Below are positions 1 through 9,739 of a stretch of 64,000 nucleotides of DNA, in pieces. The position numbers and the translations under genes are program-made. Position 1 is the first letter of the stretch. The number at the start of each line of letters is the position of its first letter. The notes below the pieces were generated by a model. The model was not told where the DNA came from, made no database searches, and saw only the letters and a program-made list of their open reading frames with translations. This DNA comes from a virus: positions 64,001 through 128,000 of IMG/VR virus record IMGVR_UViG_3300009709_000003. One strand, given 5' to 3'.

Positions 1-1190
1 CACATGGACCCATCTCCATTAATTTTCGAAATGGCACCTGCCACCATGCCGGCACGGTCTTTATTCTTGGGTGTAGACTGGAAAAGTGTCTGATTAAAAA
101 CCTTATCCCCCACCTTAGCAGACGCTTCCGCTTTACCATTTTCAGTCCTTATAATCACAGAGTCATGACTGAAAGTGGACGGATCAGGTTCCGGTTCGTC
201 TTTAATGCGATTTTTATCAGAAAGAGGCTCGCTATAGGTATTTTCTTCACGTTTCAGAGCATGTTCCGCCGCATCGTCAACTTGTTTCTGTTCGTATGGT
301 TTTAACTTAAAAGGCTCGTTGCCCATCCCAGTACCAGATTCCAGGAATTCGGCCATAGTTTCATCAGTGGCATTGTTAACCCATTTACGCAACACAAGTA
401 GATCGTTCAAAGTGTTGTCGTCTGCGTCGTTTTTAGTGGCCGCTTCTAGTTCTTGTTCTACAGACTCTAAAGCAACCTCTTTGGCATTATCAGGGCTAGC
501 GTTATTATCTCGCATTCTGTCATGAAGATCAGCGAGTAGATCACGCATCGTTAAAGTTTTTTTTTGACCTTGGATTTTAGCCCCACCGTTGCCGCCATAC
601 CCAGCGAAATCATTCTCCAACTTCATGGCTTCAGAAGACATGCTCATAATGTCTTTGGCTACTTCTGGGTCAAGACCTGGCTGTTTGGCCAAGGTCTCTA
701 GTTGTTTACGAGTCTCTGACATCATCTTTTGTTTTTGGTCAGGCGGTAGATTTCCACTCATTTGAGCCATTGACTGAGAAAACAAAGTAGATGCTCGACC
801 CAATACGGCATTTTGCATTGGATTATCATTACGTCCAAGCCGAATGATCTTACGAGTGTTAGCTACAATTTGGGGATGCAATTTAACATTTGTCTCTAAA
901 ACTTCTTGTGCCGGGCTATTCAATCCCGCAGTGTAGGCTTGATAGGCAACTCCTACCAATTCGGACCATGATTCCATCGGAAATTTGCTAGATTCCGCAG
1001 TCAACACATTACTGGCTACAGTTAAAGGAACAGAATCAACAAGGATCGTGGCAGACTTACCATTATCCGACAAAGCAGTTGCGAGTGTGCCGGCTTTGAT
1101 TTTAAATGCACGTTTAAGACGTTTTCCGTCTCCAACGTTGGTTGTGGTGTCGTGCGCTACGACTACTTTGTCACCAAATACGTATGTCAT
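1..1190 (-). CDS. Hypothetical protein, partial (runs off window start)
   Basis: Manual translation from ATG at 1190 (MTYVFGDKVVVAHDTT...GQKKTLTMRDLLADLHDRM...) stays open as far as I translated; probably absent from the ORF track because it has no stop in the window. Confidence 0.75.
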   Translation of the reverse strand, partial: MTYVFGDKVVVAHDTTTNVGDGKRLKRAFKIKAGTLATALSDNGKSATILVDSVPLTVASNVLTAESSKFPMESWSELVGVAYQAYTAGLNSPAQEVLETNVKLHPQIVANTRKIIRLGRNDNPMQNAVLGRASTLFSQSMAQMSGNLPPDQKQKMMSETRKQLETLAKQPGLDPEVAKDIMSMSSEAMKLENDFAGYGGNGGAKIQGQKKTLTMRDLLADLHDRMRDNNASPDNAKEVALESVEQELEAATKNDADDNTLNDLLVLRKWVNNATDETMAEFLESGTGMGNEPFKLKPYEQKQVDDAAEHALKREENTYSEPLSDKNRIKDEPEPDPSTFSHDSVIIRTENGKAEASAKVGDKVFNQTLFQSTPKNKDRAGMVAGAISKINGDGSM

Positions 1191-1244
1191 ATCATACCCT
1201 CACGAAGTAATCATGCCTTATTGGTCTAATGGGCACGCATATTT

Positions 1245-1616
1245 TTACGATACGAGGTTAAGCCCTAACGCGGTCAACAGATCAATAGCGGCGTCCATGC
1301 TGACAGGTTTACCTGCCTTAGATACATGGGTAAGCGCATCATATAGTTGTTTGTGTGTAATAGTAAGCGAATTGCGTACATCTACGTTAGCTAGAGTCAT
1401 TTTACGAGATGACCCCGATCCACCCGTCTTATCTCGGGGCATGATGATCAACCCCATACTCTGCAGACGCTCTACATGGCGAACTACTGCATGTATGGAA
1501 GATACCTTCATAAAATCCGCAATCTCGCGGAAGGAAGGAGCATAGTGGTTGGTGTCAATATATCTCTTGATATACTCGTAAACTTCTCTTTGTCGTTCGG
1601 TAAGTGCCTGAGCCAT
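1245..1616 (-). CDS. LexA-type winged-helix DNA-binding protein (N-terminal domain only, no S24 peptidase domain)
   Basis: LTERQREVYEYI...YAPSFREIADFMKVSSIHAVVRHVERLQSMGLI matches the LexA N-terminal domain; only 123 aa. Confidence 0.85.
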   Translation of the reverse strand: MAQALTERQREVYEYIKRYIDTNHYAPSFREIADFMKVSSIHAVVRHVERLQSMGLIIMPRDKTGGSGSSRKMTLANVDVRNSLTITHKQLYDALTHVSKAGKPVSMDAAIDLLTALGLNLVS

Positions 1617-1713
1617 GTATTACTCCTACGATTCTATAGTAAACCTTAAAATAAATACGGCTATATACTACTTTATATTAATACTAGTGTATGATACTTA
1701 CCTACACTATGAT

Positions 1714-1731
1714 CTGGCAGGACTCTTGCAA
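1714..1731 (+). promoter_or_regulatory. Sigma-54-type -24/-12 promoter
   Basis: CTGGCAGGACTCTTGCAA (GG-N10-GC), intergenic, upstream of RBS AGGA and ATG 1767. Confidence 0.7.
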
Positions 1732-1766
1732 TGTTTTCAGTACTAAATTCAACCACAGGACTACCG

Positions 1767-2462
1767 ATGTATCCGTCTTTGAACAAACCGCTTCCTCCGA
1801 TTCAGGGATATCTTACCTCTGCACAAAACACCGGTATGACTCTAGAGGCCATGGCTGCCATTGCCGCAGCAATCAGTTTTGGCGTGAATTTGGCAGTTCT
1901 TGCTTACGGGTTGGCCGCATTTCAATCTCACATTGATCAGAAGTTGCAGGATGTGGATAACCATCTTGGTGTAGTTGAAACTCGTTTACATGAAGACATG
2001 GACGTCAACGTTATCAATCTGAAAATTCACGTATTGAAACGTGACGTAGACCCTGCTTTTGCGGTGCAAATTGCAAAGTTGGTATCTAAGTATGCAAAAA
2101 TCTATCAGCGTGACCCAGACTTGATTTTGGCAGTCATTAAGGTGGAATCGGGTTTCAATCCAAATGCAGTTAGTGAAGTTGGCGCTACCGGACTGATGCA
2201 ACTTATGCCGCACTGGATTAAAATTTTTGGCTTGACTGGCGATCTTACCGATCCAGAAGTGTCTATTCGTTATGGTATGCAAGTTTTGAACTTCTATTCT
2301 GGTATGTATAGTGGAAATGTCAAACTCGGCCTCATTGCTTACAATGCCGGACCGGGGTATGTGAATTCAACAGAAAAGCCAAACCCGGAATACGCTAACA
2401 AAGTAATAAGTGTTTACAACCAACTGAAAGAGCTTAACATTGGTAGCAGTAGCAACAACTGA
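1767..2462 (+). CDS. Lytic transglycosylase (SLT domain) with N-terminal hydrophobic helix
   Basis: LILAVIKVESGFNPNAVSEVGATGLMQLMP and AYNAGPG are SLT motifs; start moved to 1767 on RBS and promoter evidence. Confidence 0.9.
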   Translation: MYPSLNKPLPPIQGYLTSAQNTGMTLEAMAAIAAAISFGVNLAVLAYGLAAFQSHIDQKLQDVDNHLGVVETRLHEDMDVNVINLKIHVLKRDVDPAFAVQIAKLVSKYAKIYQRDPDLILAVIKVESGFNPNAVSEVGATGLMQLMPHWIKIFGLTGDLTDPEVSIRYGMQVLNFYSGMYSGNVKLGLIAYNAGPGYVNSTEKPNPEYANKVISVYNQLKELNIGSSSNN

Positions 2463-2814
2463 AGATGTATTTACGTACAAGATGGAACCCGCTCCCACGG
2501 TTAATACCGCTAAGAGTGGCATTCCATCTATCGTAAATTGTTCCGTAATCATTAACCAATTTAATGATGTTGATGCATACCAGATAGCCGTATCTTTTGA
2601 TGAACAAATGTTTATGTTTTTTACTTCCAGAGAAAATACTATGGTCACTATTCTTTTAGATGGTGCACCTTTAGTGTACAAACATTGGAAGGACACAAAG
2701 TGGAGTAGGCATTCTGGCCGTGGCTATGACTATTTTAAGAATAAACTCCCTAGTGCGATTTGCGATAAAGTACAGCACATCATTTTAACCCGATTTAAGG
2801 AAAGTGCAGAATGA
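2440..2814 (+). CDS. Hypothetical protein
   Basis: ORF coupled to neighbours; start uncertain. Confidence 0.55.
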   Translation: MVAVATTEDVFTYKMEPAPTVNTAKSGIPSIVNCSVIINQFNDVDAYQIAVSFDEQMFMFFTSRENTMVTILLDGAPLVYKHWKDTKWSRHSGRGYDYFKNKLPSAICDKVQHIILTRFKESAE

Positions 2815-3101
2815 ATTCTAAATTGTTTATTGTTTCTTTGGTTCTTGGTTTGTCTGCTGTTGGTTGCGTGTCCAAGTCCACCGGCAGCACCAAAAACGCT
2901 AATGATGTTGGTCACATTGCACAGGATGCAAATACTCTACAAAAGATCGCGTGCCGCGTGCAACTCGATCTGATGAGTGATGTCTGTGCGCCTGCAGCAA
3001 CTGGGAAAGTTACTGAACTTTGTGTCAAGGTTGATGGTAAACTTGGTTTGTGTGCACCCGTTTTGGTGGTGGACCCAAACACCGTTTCTCCGTCTCCATG
3101 A
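2811..3101 (+). CDS. Putative lipoprotein
   Basis: Signal peptide ending in lipobox-like SAVG-C; ATGA overlap with the upstream gene. Confidence 0.6.
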   Translation: MNSKLFIVSLVLGLSAVGCVSKSTGSTKNANDVGHIAQDANTLQKIACRVQLDLMSDVCAPAATGKVTELCVKVDGKLGLCAPVLVVDPNTVSPSP

Positions 3102-3249
3102 TTCAATTCATTTGCGTCCTACATAATAAAACGCACGTCTTTAGCATGAGTGATATCATTCTTGCTAAAGACGAAGCGTCTGCCGCTAAATTATATAGAG
3201 ACTTACTACCAGATAGTGCGCAACATCTATCTATCAGCGCACACAGACT

Positions 3250-3972
3250 TTAGGCTAAAATTGCAGCGTACATACTGTCTCGACGGGCTCTGTTAATCTC
3301 TGTAGCTTTTTCGACTGGGCCACGCACAATACCATCAGAAAAACCAAGTGCAGCTGCTTCAGTGGTAGAGAAATACGCATCTACTTTGCTGTCGAAGTTG
3401 TCACGCAAAAATTTAGCAATTTCTTCTTCTGAAGAATTGGCGAAGCGTCCTTGTGATCGAAGTCTAGCTGTGTAAATGCGTTCCATCATTTTGTTGCTAC
3501 GTTGTAGAGACGCATAGGCACTTTCTGCTTCACCCTTAGCAGTACCTTCAAAACCCCAATATCCATAGTGAATCATGTATTCTGTTGGAGGACGCATCAC
3601 AAACTTGTCAGCTGCAAGCGGAATAATACTTGTCATACTGCGACAATGCTTTAAACCAATAATTGTAGTAGGATTAGGACTATTTAGAAGAGCACCAAAC
3701 ATTTGCATGCCATCTTCCCAATTCCCACCTTCAGATCCCAAATAAATCGTAATAGGTTTAGTAGGATCCAGTTTAGCAAGAAAACACATGTTTTGTTCAA
3801 AACGATCAGCCATGGCGAAAGTTACGCCATGCTCAACACCTACTTCTGCAATGTGGTCTTCACGCTCATCGCTGCCCACATAAATAGTGAATGCGTCTGC
3901 ATCGATACGGCAATCCTGCCAAGTCCAAAGTCTATTTTCGAAAGTTGAGTACCTAGATTTTGGTGTCGCCAT
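3250..3972 (-). CDS. clpP: ClpP-family serine protease
   Basis: IYLGSEGG, CRSM (catalytic Ser), MIHY (His), VDAYFSTTEAAALGFSD (Asp) follow the ClpP pattern. Confidence 0.85.
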   Translation of the reverse strand: MATPKSRYSTFENRLWTWQDCRIDADAFTIYVGSDEREDHIAEVGVEHGVTFAMADRFEQNMCFLAKLDPTKPITIYLGSEGGNWEDGMQMFGALLNSPNPTTIIGLKHCRSMTSIIPLAADKFVMRPPTEYMIHYGYWGFEGTAKGEAESAYASLQRSNKMMERIYTARLRSQGRFANSSEEEIAKFLRDNFDSKVDAYFSTTEAAALGFSDGIVRGPVEKATEINRARRDSMYAAILA

Positions 3973-4093
3973 AATTGCATACCTTTATACTATATGTGAG
4001 CCATATCGGCGCATCTATTATGTAATCATATCTAATGGGTGCTTCGAGATACCAATCAAAGAACAACGCCATATTAAAATCTGAGGTATAACA

Positions 4094-5008
4094 ATGACAC
4101 AAAACGTGAAAGCTCTTTGCATAGATGGTGGCGGTATACGAGGTTTGATACCACTGGTAAGCCTTGCTTATTTGGAACAAAAAACCGGGAAACCATGCAA
4201 TCAATTGTTTAATTATATTGGTGGTACATCTACGGGAGGCATTATAGCCCTGGGTCTTGCCGCTGGTCTACCAGCAACCACATTAACCGCTCTATATGTG
4301 CAGCAGGGTGCAAAAATATTCTCAAGTTCGTGGTGGTACAAGTTAACCAACCTGGGAAACTTTGCCGGACCTAAATATCCAGCGAGTGGTATAGAGAGTG
4401 TTTTGAAAGTGCAATTTAACAATCAAACCACTAAAGATCTAAAGACCAATGCTATGGTGGTTTCTTACAATATATCAAATCATACTGTTAAATTGTTTAA
4501 CAGCTGGGAAGACCAAACATATTATATTAGAGATCTGTGCAGAGCGACAACTGCCGCGCCTACATATTTTCCACCCGCCAATATCGGCAACACTAACGGT
4601 ACGGACAAGTCTTGGTACATAGATGGCGGCTTGGTAGCAAACAATCCAAGTATGTGTTTGGTTACTGAGATCTGCAAAAGAGAACAAACCATACCAGCCA
4701 ATATATCAATGCTTTCATTAGGTACTGGTCTCAATGAGGGTTCAATCGATGGTACAGTGGCAAGTAAATGGGGAGAACTCCCTTGGGCTTCTAATGTTAT
4801 AGACGTTGGAATGAATGGCACACAGGATTTGGCAGACACACAAGCATCTTTGGTGCTTAGTCGATATGTACGAGTGCAACCCCCAAATGGTTTAGCCTCT
4901 CAATCTATGGACGACGTTTCCACCGGATCCTTAAAGACATTGCAAGATATAGGTACACGCATGGTCGCACTGTGTGGTGATAGTATGCTTGCATTGGTGA
5001 ACTCATGA
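4094..5008 (+). CDS. Patatin-like phospholipase
   Basis: DGGGIRG oxyanion motif, GTSTG nucleophile, AAPTYF, DGGLVANNP. Confidence 0.93.
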   Translation: MTQNVKALCIDGGGIRGLIPLVSLAYLEQKTGKPCNQLFNYIGGTSTGGIIALGLAAGLPATTLTALYVQQGAKIFSSSWWYKLTNLGNFAGPKYPASGIESVLKVQFNNQTTKDLKTNAMVVSYNISNHTVKLFNSWEDQTYYIRDLCRATTAAPTYFPPANIGNTNGTDKSWYIDGGLVANNPSMCLVTEICKREQTIPANISMLSLGTGLNEGSIDGTVASKWGELPWASNVIDVGMNGTQDLADTQASLVLSRYVRVQPPNGLASQSMDDVSTGSLKTLQDIGTRMVALCGDSMLALVNS

Positions 5009-5340
5009 GTAACGTATTAGACGCTTGGCTTCGACAGCTTGCTGAAACAATTGCTAAGTTGAAAAACACGCCTTTCCCTACATCTGTAGTGGGATTACGC
5101 GTAAAATTTTATACAGAAACTGAGCAATATGTCATCTGCAGAGTTGCAAACGCGGCGCAAGTTATGCCATCTTTAAGGGCTAACGTTCGCCCTGAGCCGT
5201 ATGACAAATTGCTTGAAGGTGCTGGGCCAGAAGGGGTACGTATGCGTCTAGAGTATATTCTTGATTCTGATTCGGACGCTAATCTAGTGCAGGCTGATGA
5301 TATGGCACAGTCCACACGCTGGACCAATTTTAAAATCTAA
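5005..5340 (+). CDS. Hypothetical protein
   Basis: ATGA-coupled to the patatin gene. Confidence 0.6.
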   Translation: MSNVLDAWLRQLAETIAKLKNTPFPTSVVGLRVKFYTETEQYVICRVANAAQVMPSLRANVRPEPYDKLLEGAGPEGVRMRLEYILDSDSDANLVQADDMAQSTRWTNFKI

Positions 5341-7287
5341 TCAGGTATTAAAAGCAGCAAGTTGCGCCGCAAATGCCTGACCCCAGGCCGTCCATGTAAG
5401 CGTCATACCCACTTGCGATCCACCATTAGCGGCTGATGTATCCACCAACAAATTGGGTGGGGTAGCTTGATGCAGGCACCACGCGGTGTATGGCACACCG
5501 TTTGTGTTGCACCATTGCATGAGTTGTGTGCATTCTGCAACCGTCATATATAGACCAGTGCTGTCTGCTGTGTTTACAGCGGGGCCAAACTCTTCGATGT
5601 AAACTGGAATCTTTGCCGCTGCTGCTTCAAACAACGTAGGCCAATCGGTAGCGTGGTTGTAAGCGTGACAAGCATACAAAACCTGAGTATCCTGCAATGG
5701 ATTAGCTGCCCAATAGCTAACATTACGTGCATATTCGTCAACACCAGCTACAACGATAACATGCTTAACAGAATTAACTTGGGCCTCCATTTGTCGAATT
5801 TGAGTAATGCACTGTTGCACTGCATTCCTATACGTCAAAACAGCAGCAGTTTGAGTCGGATCAGACTCATTAGCCGTGCCGTTATTGCGTGGTTCATTAC
5901 ACAGACCAATCATCAATCCTTGCGCATTTGGAAATGAGGACGCAATATATGCGGCCAAAGGCGCTGTAGACATTGTGGGTTGTCCACCTACAGATGGAGA
6001 CAGACTACTGTCGATCCAAAAAGAAGCATTAACTACGGCACCCTTAGAGAGGATGTAAGAAATAACCGATTTAACTGTGGTCCAATAGGACTGATCACCC
6101 AAAACATTCTCAGCAGTTGTGTAGGTCTCCAACAAATATCGGAAAAAGTTCACCCCGTTTGCCATCGCGAAATCGACACGACGCATGATTTCTTGAGCTG
6201 AGACAGCGTAAGTCAAACCAGTCGCCGAATTATCGCCACGCAAATCGCATATATTAACACCTTTACCAAGCCACGCCTTACCGTTTCCATCCACCAATCC
6301 AACACCGCTAACAGTAACAGAAGGTTGTCCAGAAATAGCCGCAACTGGCGCAGTGTCAGGAGTAGGATTGGGCACACTTGTGGGAGGATTCGGGTTAACG
6401 ATCAAAGCAATATTGTTAAGTTCCACTGGGTTCAAAGTGCCAGCCGTTGAGTTTTGAAACAACACATTTGTAAAAGTAGAAAAGGCAGGAAGTCCCATGT
6501 CGGTCCACAAAACCGTCATAGTAGTTTTTGTGGCTGGTGGTACAATAACTTTATTTGCCACCTGAGTCTGATCTGTATACAATGCCACAGAAACAGATTG
6601 CTTACCATCCGACAAAACATCAAACTGAACACCCAAATAATTTTGAGAAGCCACAGGAGCGTCATTCATGTTATTAAGACTGACAGCGGTATATGGACCC
6701 ATAGTGGCTTTAATAGCCTTGGTGCCCATAGTGTCACTTACAAATGCTTCAGTGGCCCAAGTATAATCTCGCCAAGAGTTTTGGAGACCGTTCTGATATA
6801 AATAATACAATGAACGAGTGGTTGGTGATGTCGTGGTCGGTGCAGTGGTTGTGGGAGCAACTGTTGTAGGAGTTGCCGTTACAGGGGCCGTGGTTGTGGG
6901 CGCAACTGTTGTAGGAGTTGCCGTTACAGGGGCCGTGGTTGTGGGCGCAACTGTTGTAGGAGTTGCCGTTACAGGGGCCGTGGTTGTGGGCGCAACAGTA
7001 ACAGGAGCCATAGTTACGGGTGCTGCAGTCGTAGGAGCGGCAGTAACTGGAGCCGATGTAGTAGGTGCGGTCGTCGTAGGAGCCGTTGTAACTGGTGCCG
7101 TAGTGGTCGGTGCGGTCGTCGTAGGTGCCGTGGTGACAGGAGCAGTGGCTCCCCAAGCGTAAGAAGAATCCGGCACAAAAACTAAACTAGTACCGTTAAC
7201 TGTTACGAGCCAACCGTTTGGCACCTGCAAACGCCAAACATTACCTACTACTCCAGATACTTGTTCCCAAACAGCTGCAACGGTCAT
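5341..7287 (-). CDS. GH5-like (cellulase family) glycoside hydrolase with Thr/Pro linker and probable carbohydrate-binding domain
   Basis: GVNICD, FFRY, CNEP (acid/base), HAY, IEEFG (nucleophile), YTAW; long TTAP repeats. Confidence 0.85.
   Translation of the reverse strand: MTVAAVWEQVSGVVGNVWRLQVPNGWLVTVNGTSLVFVPDSSYAWGATAPVTTAPTTTAPTTTAPVTTAPTTTAPTTSAPVTAAPTTAAPVTMAPVTVAPTTTAPVTATPTTVAPTTTAPVTATPTTVAPTTTAPVTATPTTVAPTTTAPTTTSPTTRSLYYLYQNGLQNSWRDYTWATEAFVSDTMGTKAIKATMGPYTAVSLNNMNDAPVASQNYLGVQFDVLSDGKQSVSVALYTDQTQVANKVIVPPATKTTMTVLWTDMGLPAFSTFTNVLFQNSTAGTLNPVELNNIALIVNPNPPTSVPNPTPDTAPVAAISGQPSVTVSGVGLVDGNGKAWLGKGVNICDLRGDNSATGLTYAVSAQEIMRRVDFAMANGVNFFRYLLETYTTAENVLGDQSYWTTVKSVISYILSKGAVVNASFWIDSSLSPSVGGQPTMSTAPLAAYIASSFPNAQGLMIGLCNEPRNNGTANESDPTQTAAVLTYRNAVQQCITQIRQMEAQVNSVKHVIVVAGVDEYARNVSYWAANPLQDTQVLYACHAYNHATDWPTLFEAAAAKIPVYIEEFGPAVNTADSTGLYMTVAECTQLMQWCNTNGVPYTAWCLHQATPPNLLVDTSAANGGSQVGMTLTWTAWGQAFAAQLAAFNT
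6845..6996. repeat. 45-bp tandem repeat (about 3.4 copies) encoding the APTTTAPVTATPTTV linker
   Basis: gtggttgtgggcgcaactgttgtaggagttgccgttacaggggcc at 6845, 6890, 6935, partial at 6980. Confidence 0.9.
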
Positions 7288-7355
7288 AAAATCTCCAGTG
7301 TTAAGCTACTGGTTATTCGTATATATATGCCACTGTAGCTTTATGCCCGGCCAGA

Positions 7356-7646
7356 TTACTTACCGAATAGACGTCTGTATTGACGACCAGTTTTAGCATA
7401 TGCACGAATATGATTCTTCGTGTAGTAGTACTTGCCATCACGAGGACTATCCCACTCATTCCATGGGGATAACTCTACTTCGGCCTTATACACCAAATCG
7501 TCTTCTGTGTCTACAAGTTTAGAGATCTCGTGTAGTAACGCTCGTTGCCGGGATCTTTCCTTACCGGCGCGTTCCCTGGTGTAAGGACGCACAGACTCAG
7601 CAGTAGTGACTCCAGTAACCGGTGTATGCTTTTTAGACCTGCTCAT
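7356..7646 (-). CDS. Small basic hypothetical protein
   Basis: MSRSKKHTPV...DGKYY-type basic ORF in a run of minus-strand genes. Confidence 0.65.
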   Translation of the reverse strand: MSRSKKHTPVTGVTTAESVRPYTRERAGKERSRQRALLHEISKLVDTEDDLVYKAEVELSPWNEWDSPRDGKYYYTKNHIRAYAKTGRQYRRLFGK

Positions 7647-7651
7647 AAATA

Positions 7652-7936
7652 TTAGTAAACGTTGCGTTTTAGACGGGCATGTCCAGGAATAACTTGATAT
7701 TCTGGATCGTTATGCTTCGGGCTGAAAATCCTAAATCCTGGCAAAACCTTTTCATTTGGTCGAAGCTGATCTGCTGGCACTTCTGGAATGTCAATATTAA
7801 CATCCATATACGCGTTACCTGCACCCTTTTGGGCACGAATCCATTCAGCAGCTTCAGGAGCAGCCTGCCACAGTCTTGTTCTGCCAGTTTTCGTATTCAA
7901 AATGGTGCGCACAATATTCCAACATTCATTTACCAT
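7652..7936 (-). CDS. Hypothetical protein
   Basis: AGGAG RBS upstream. Confidence 0.65.
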   Translation of the reverse strand: MVNECWNIVRTILNTKTGRTRLWQAAPEAAEWIRAQKGAGNAYMDVNIDIPEVPADQLRPNEKVLPGFRIFSPKHNDPEYQVIPGHARLKRNVY

Positions 7937-7952
7937 AATACACTCCTGTTAA

Positions 7953-8543
7953 TTAGAGAATTTTATTTACTTTCTCTAGCTTAATAACATATTCTTCATC
8001 ATCGACTTTTAGAACTCTGGGATTATAAATCAGATTACTTAGTTCATCAATCTCATTCTTAATTGAATCCACAGTGTTCTTTGAACTATCTTGCATAATG
8101 CGTAATACGTCACGTAGGGTATGAAGACGAGTGTATAGCTTGGTATATGTCGTCGTGGCATTATGGTCTACACCATCTGCAAAAGAACGTTTTTTCTGTT
8201 CCTCATACGTTTTTTGTAACGTTCGGTAAGCCTGCTTACTTTGGTGCAGCAAGCTTTTAATACGGCGCAATTTTCGATCGTTCTTTGTAACGTTATTCTC
8301 CACACCCATAAACGTATCCTTAATCAAAGAGCCAACATAGACAGGATCTTTGATAGTAACAGAATTTTTCGATATATAACCATTCCAGAAAGCGCCCTTC
8401 GAGTTGAAGATTTTAAATTGAGCCCCATTCTCAGACGACGTAGCTGTGTATTCAATAATCGAACTGTACACAGGATTATGCTGCGCTGTAACGGTATACT
8501 CAACATTAGCAAGAACAATTTTAACGGTATTTTCTTTAGTCAT
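7953..8543 (-). CDS. Hypothetical coiled-coil protein
   Basis: 196-aa ORF. Confidence 0.6.
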   Translation of the reverse strand: MTKENTVKIVLANVEYTVTAQHNPVYSSIIEYTATSSENGAQFKIFNSKGAFWNGYISKNSVTIKDPVYVGSLIKDTFMGVENNVTKNDRKLRRIKSLLHQSKQAYRTLQKTYEEQKKRSFADGVDHNATTTYTKLYTRLHTLRDVLRIMQDSSKNTVDSIKNEIDELSNLIYNPRVLKVDDEEYVIKLEKVNKIL

Positions 8544-8594
8544 GTTGTACTATAAGTATTAGAACCTAGAACAGTTTATTATTTATAAATACGT

Positions 8595-9107
8595 ATGCAC
8601 GAAGTAGTCAAAACAAGTAAATTTGTCAACGATGTGAATCGAATATTTGCACATCATATTAGTAAATTCGGGGGCATTAAAGCGGATGTAGTAAAAGATG
8701 CTCGTCAAGCGGCATGGGTGGCTGCTCTGTCTAAGATGCAAACCTGGGATCCCAACAAAGGTGCTAAACCTGGCACATATGTATACCGCGCTATACAAGA
8801 CGCTGTTACAACTACTATCATACAATGGAAAAGCCGAGGTCTTAATAAGGACATACGCAATAAAAGCGTAGATGAGGTCATAACTTACCTTGAAGAAAAT
8901 GCTTGTGATCACCACATTGAGATCTACGCGGCACGCGATTGTCGAGTACGACTAAACAAACTTACACCAGACCAAATAGCATTGATAAATCGCCATCTTG
9001 TAGAGGGTGTAACCACTACATGTATTGGTGCACAAGGTAAAAACAACCGAACTACTGTTTGGCGACAAGTACAAGTTATCATCAATACCCTAATGAACGT
9101 TAGATAA
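8595..9107 (+). CDS. Sigma-70-family (ECF-like) RNA polymerase sigma factor
   Basis: Region 2-like DARQAAWVAALSKMQTWDPNKGAKPGTYVYRAIQ; region 4-like LNKLTPDQIALI...RTTVWRQ. Confidence 0.75.
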   Translation: MHEVVKTSKFVNDVNRIFAHHISKFGGIKADVVKDARQAAWVAALSKMQTWDPNKGAKPGTYVYRAIQDAVTTTIIQWKSRGLNKDIRNKSVDEVITYLEENACDHHIEIYAARDCRVRLNKLTPDQIALINRHLVEGVTTTCIGAQGKNNRTTVWRQVQVIINTLMNVR

Positions 9108-9111
9108 GGAG

Positions 9112-9588
9112 TTGTCGATGCAGATCTATGATCGTGCTACTAGTTGTTGGAAGGATGTATTATTGGTGGATCACTTTGGAGACGTTGTTCTAATTAAAGA
9201 CGTGAACACCGGTAACTTATTTAAACATCAACTGTCTCACGTGTGTGGTTGGATAGCGGCGACTGTTTGGGAAATATCGTACACAGATAAAGTTGTTGAC
9301 GATGTGGCACACTATTTGATATCAAACTCTGATAAGAAAGTGGCTGCTACATATGGTAATGAACAGTATCATATTAGAGAGATTAATTACACTCTTGACT
9401 GCATTTACATGGTATCACGATCCACACAACTATCGTGGACTTATCCTTTGAGCGTGTGCAAAGATTTAGTTGTGTACACCGATTTATTTTATAAACCTGA
9501 CGTACATACACAAAAATCGGTGTGCGACTGTGGTGGAGCAAAAGCTAATACTACCCATAGTCAATGGTGCTCTACGTATGTTAAATAA
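9112..9588 (+). CDS. Hypothetical protein with C-terminal CDCGG-x5-HSxWC Zn-binding motif
   Basis: CDCGGAKANTTHSQWCS; paralogous to 10276..10734. Confidence 0.65.
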   Translation: MSMQIYDRATSCWKDVLLVDHFGDVVLIKDVNTGNLFKHQLSHVCGWIAATVWEISYTDKVVDDVAHYLISNSDKKVAATYGNEQYHIREINYTLDCIYMVSRSTQLSWTYPLSVCKDLVVYTDLFYKPDVHTQKSVCDCGGAKANTTHSQWCSTYVK

Positions 9589-9739
9589 ACCAAAATGGTT
9601 GGAAAGATTAACCAAGGCTAGACATCTTACTTCTAACTCACAAGCTACCCCTTTTGAGCAAGAAGAACGGTGGAAATTTGCCTTGGTACAAATTATGCGT
9701 ATTATTAGAGATACACATTGGACACCTAAGCCATAGAAT

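Noticed and set aside
552-570. A9 run on the minus strand (CAAAAAAAAACTTTAA) as a programmed frameshift site
   Set aside because: The ORF reads straight through in frame (GQKKTLTMR), so no shift is needed
985-1545. Plus-strand 186-aa ORF and the many other antisense ORFs in the track
   Set aside because: They are shadows of better-supported genes on the opposite strand
4094-5340. CBASS operon
   Set aside because: No CD-NTase or Cap2/Cap3-like gene is adjacent
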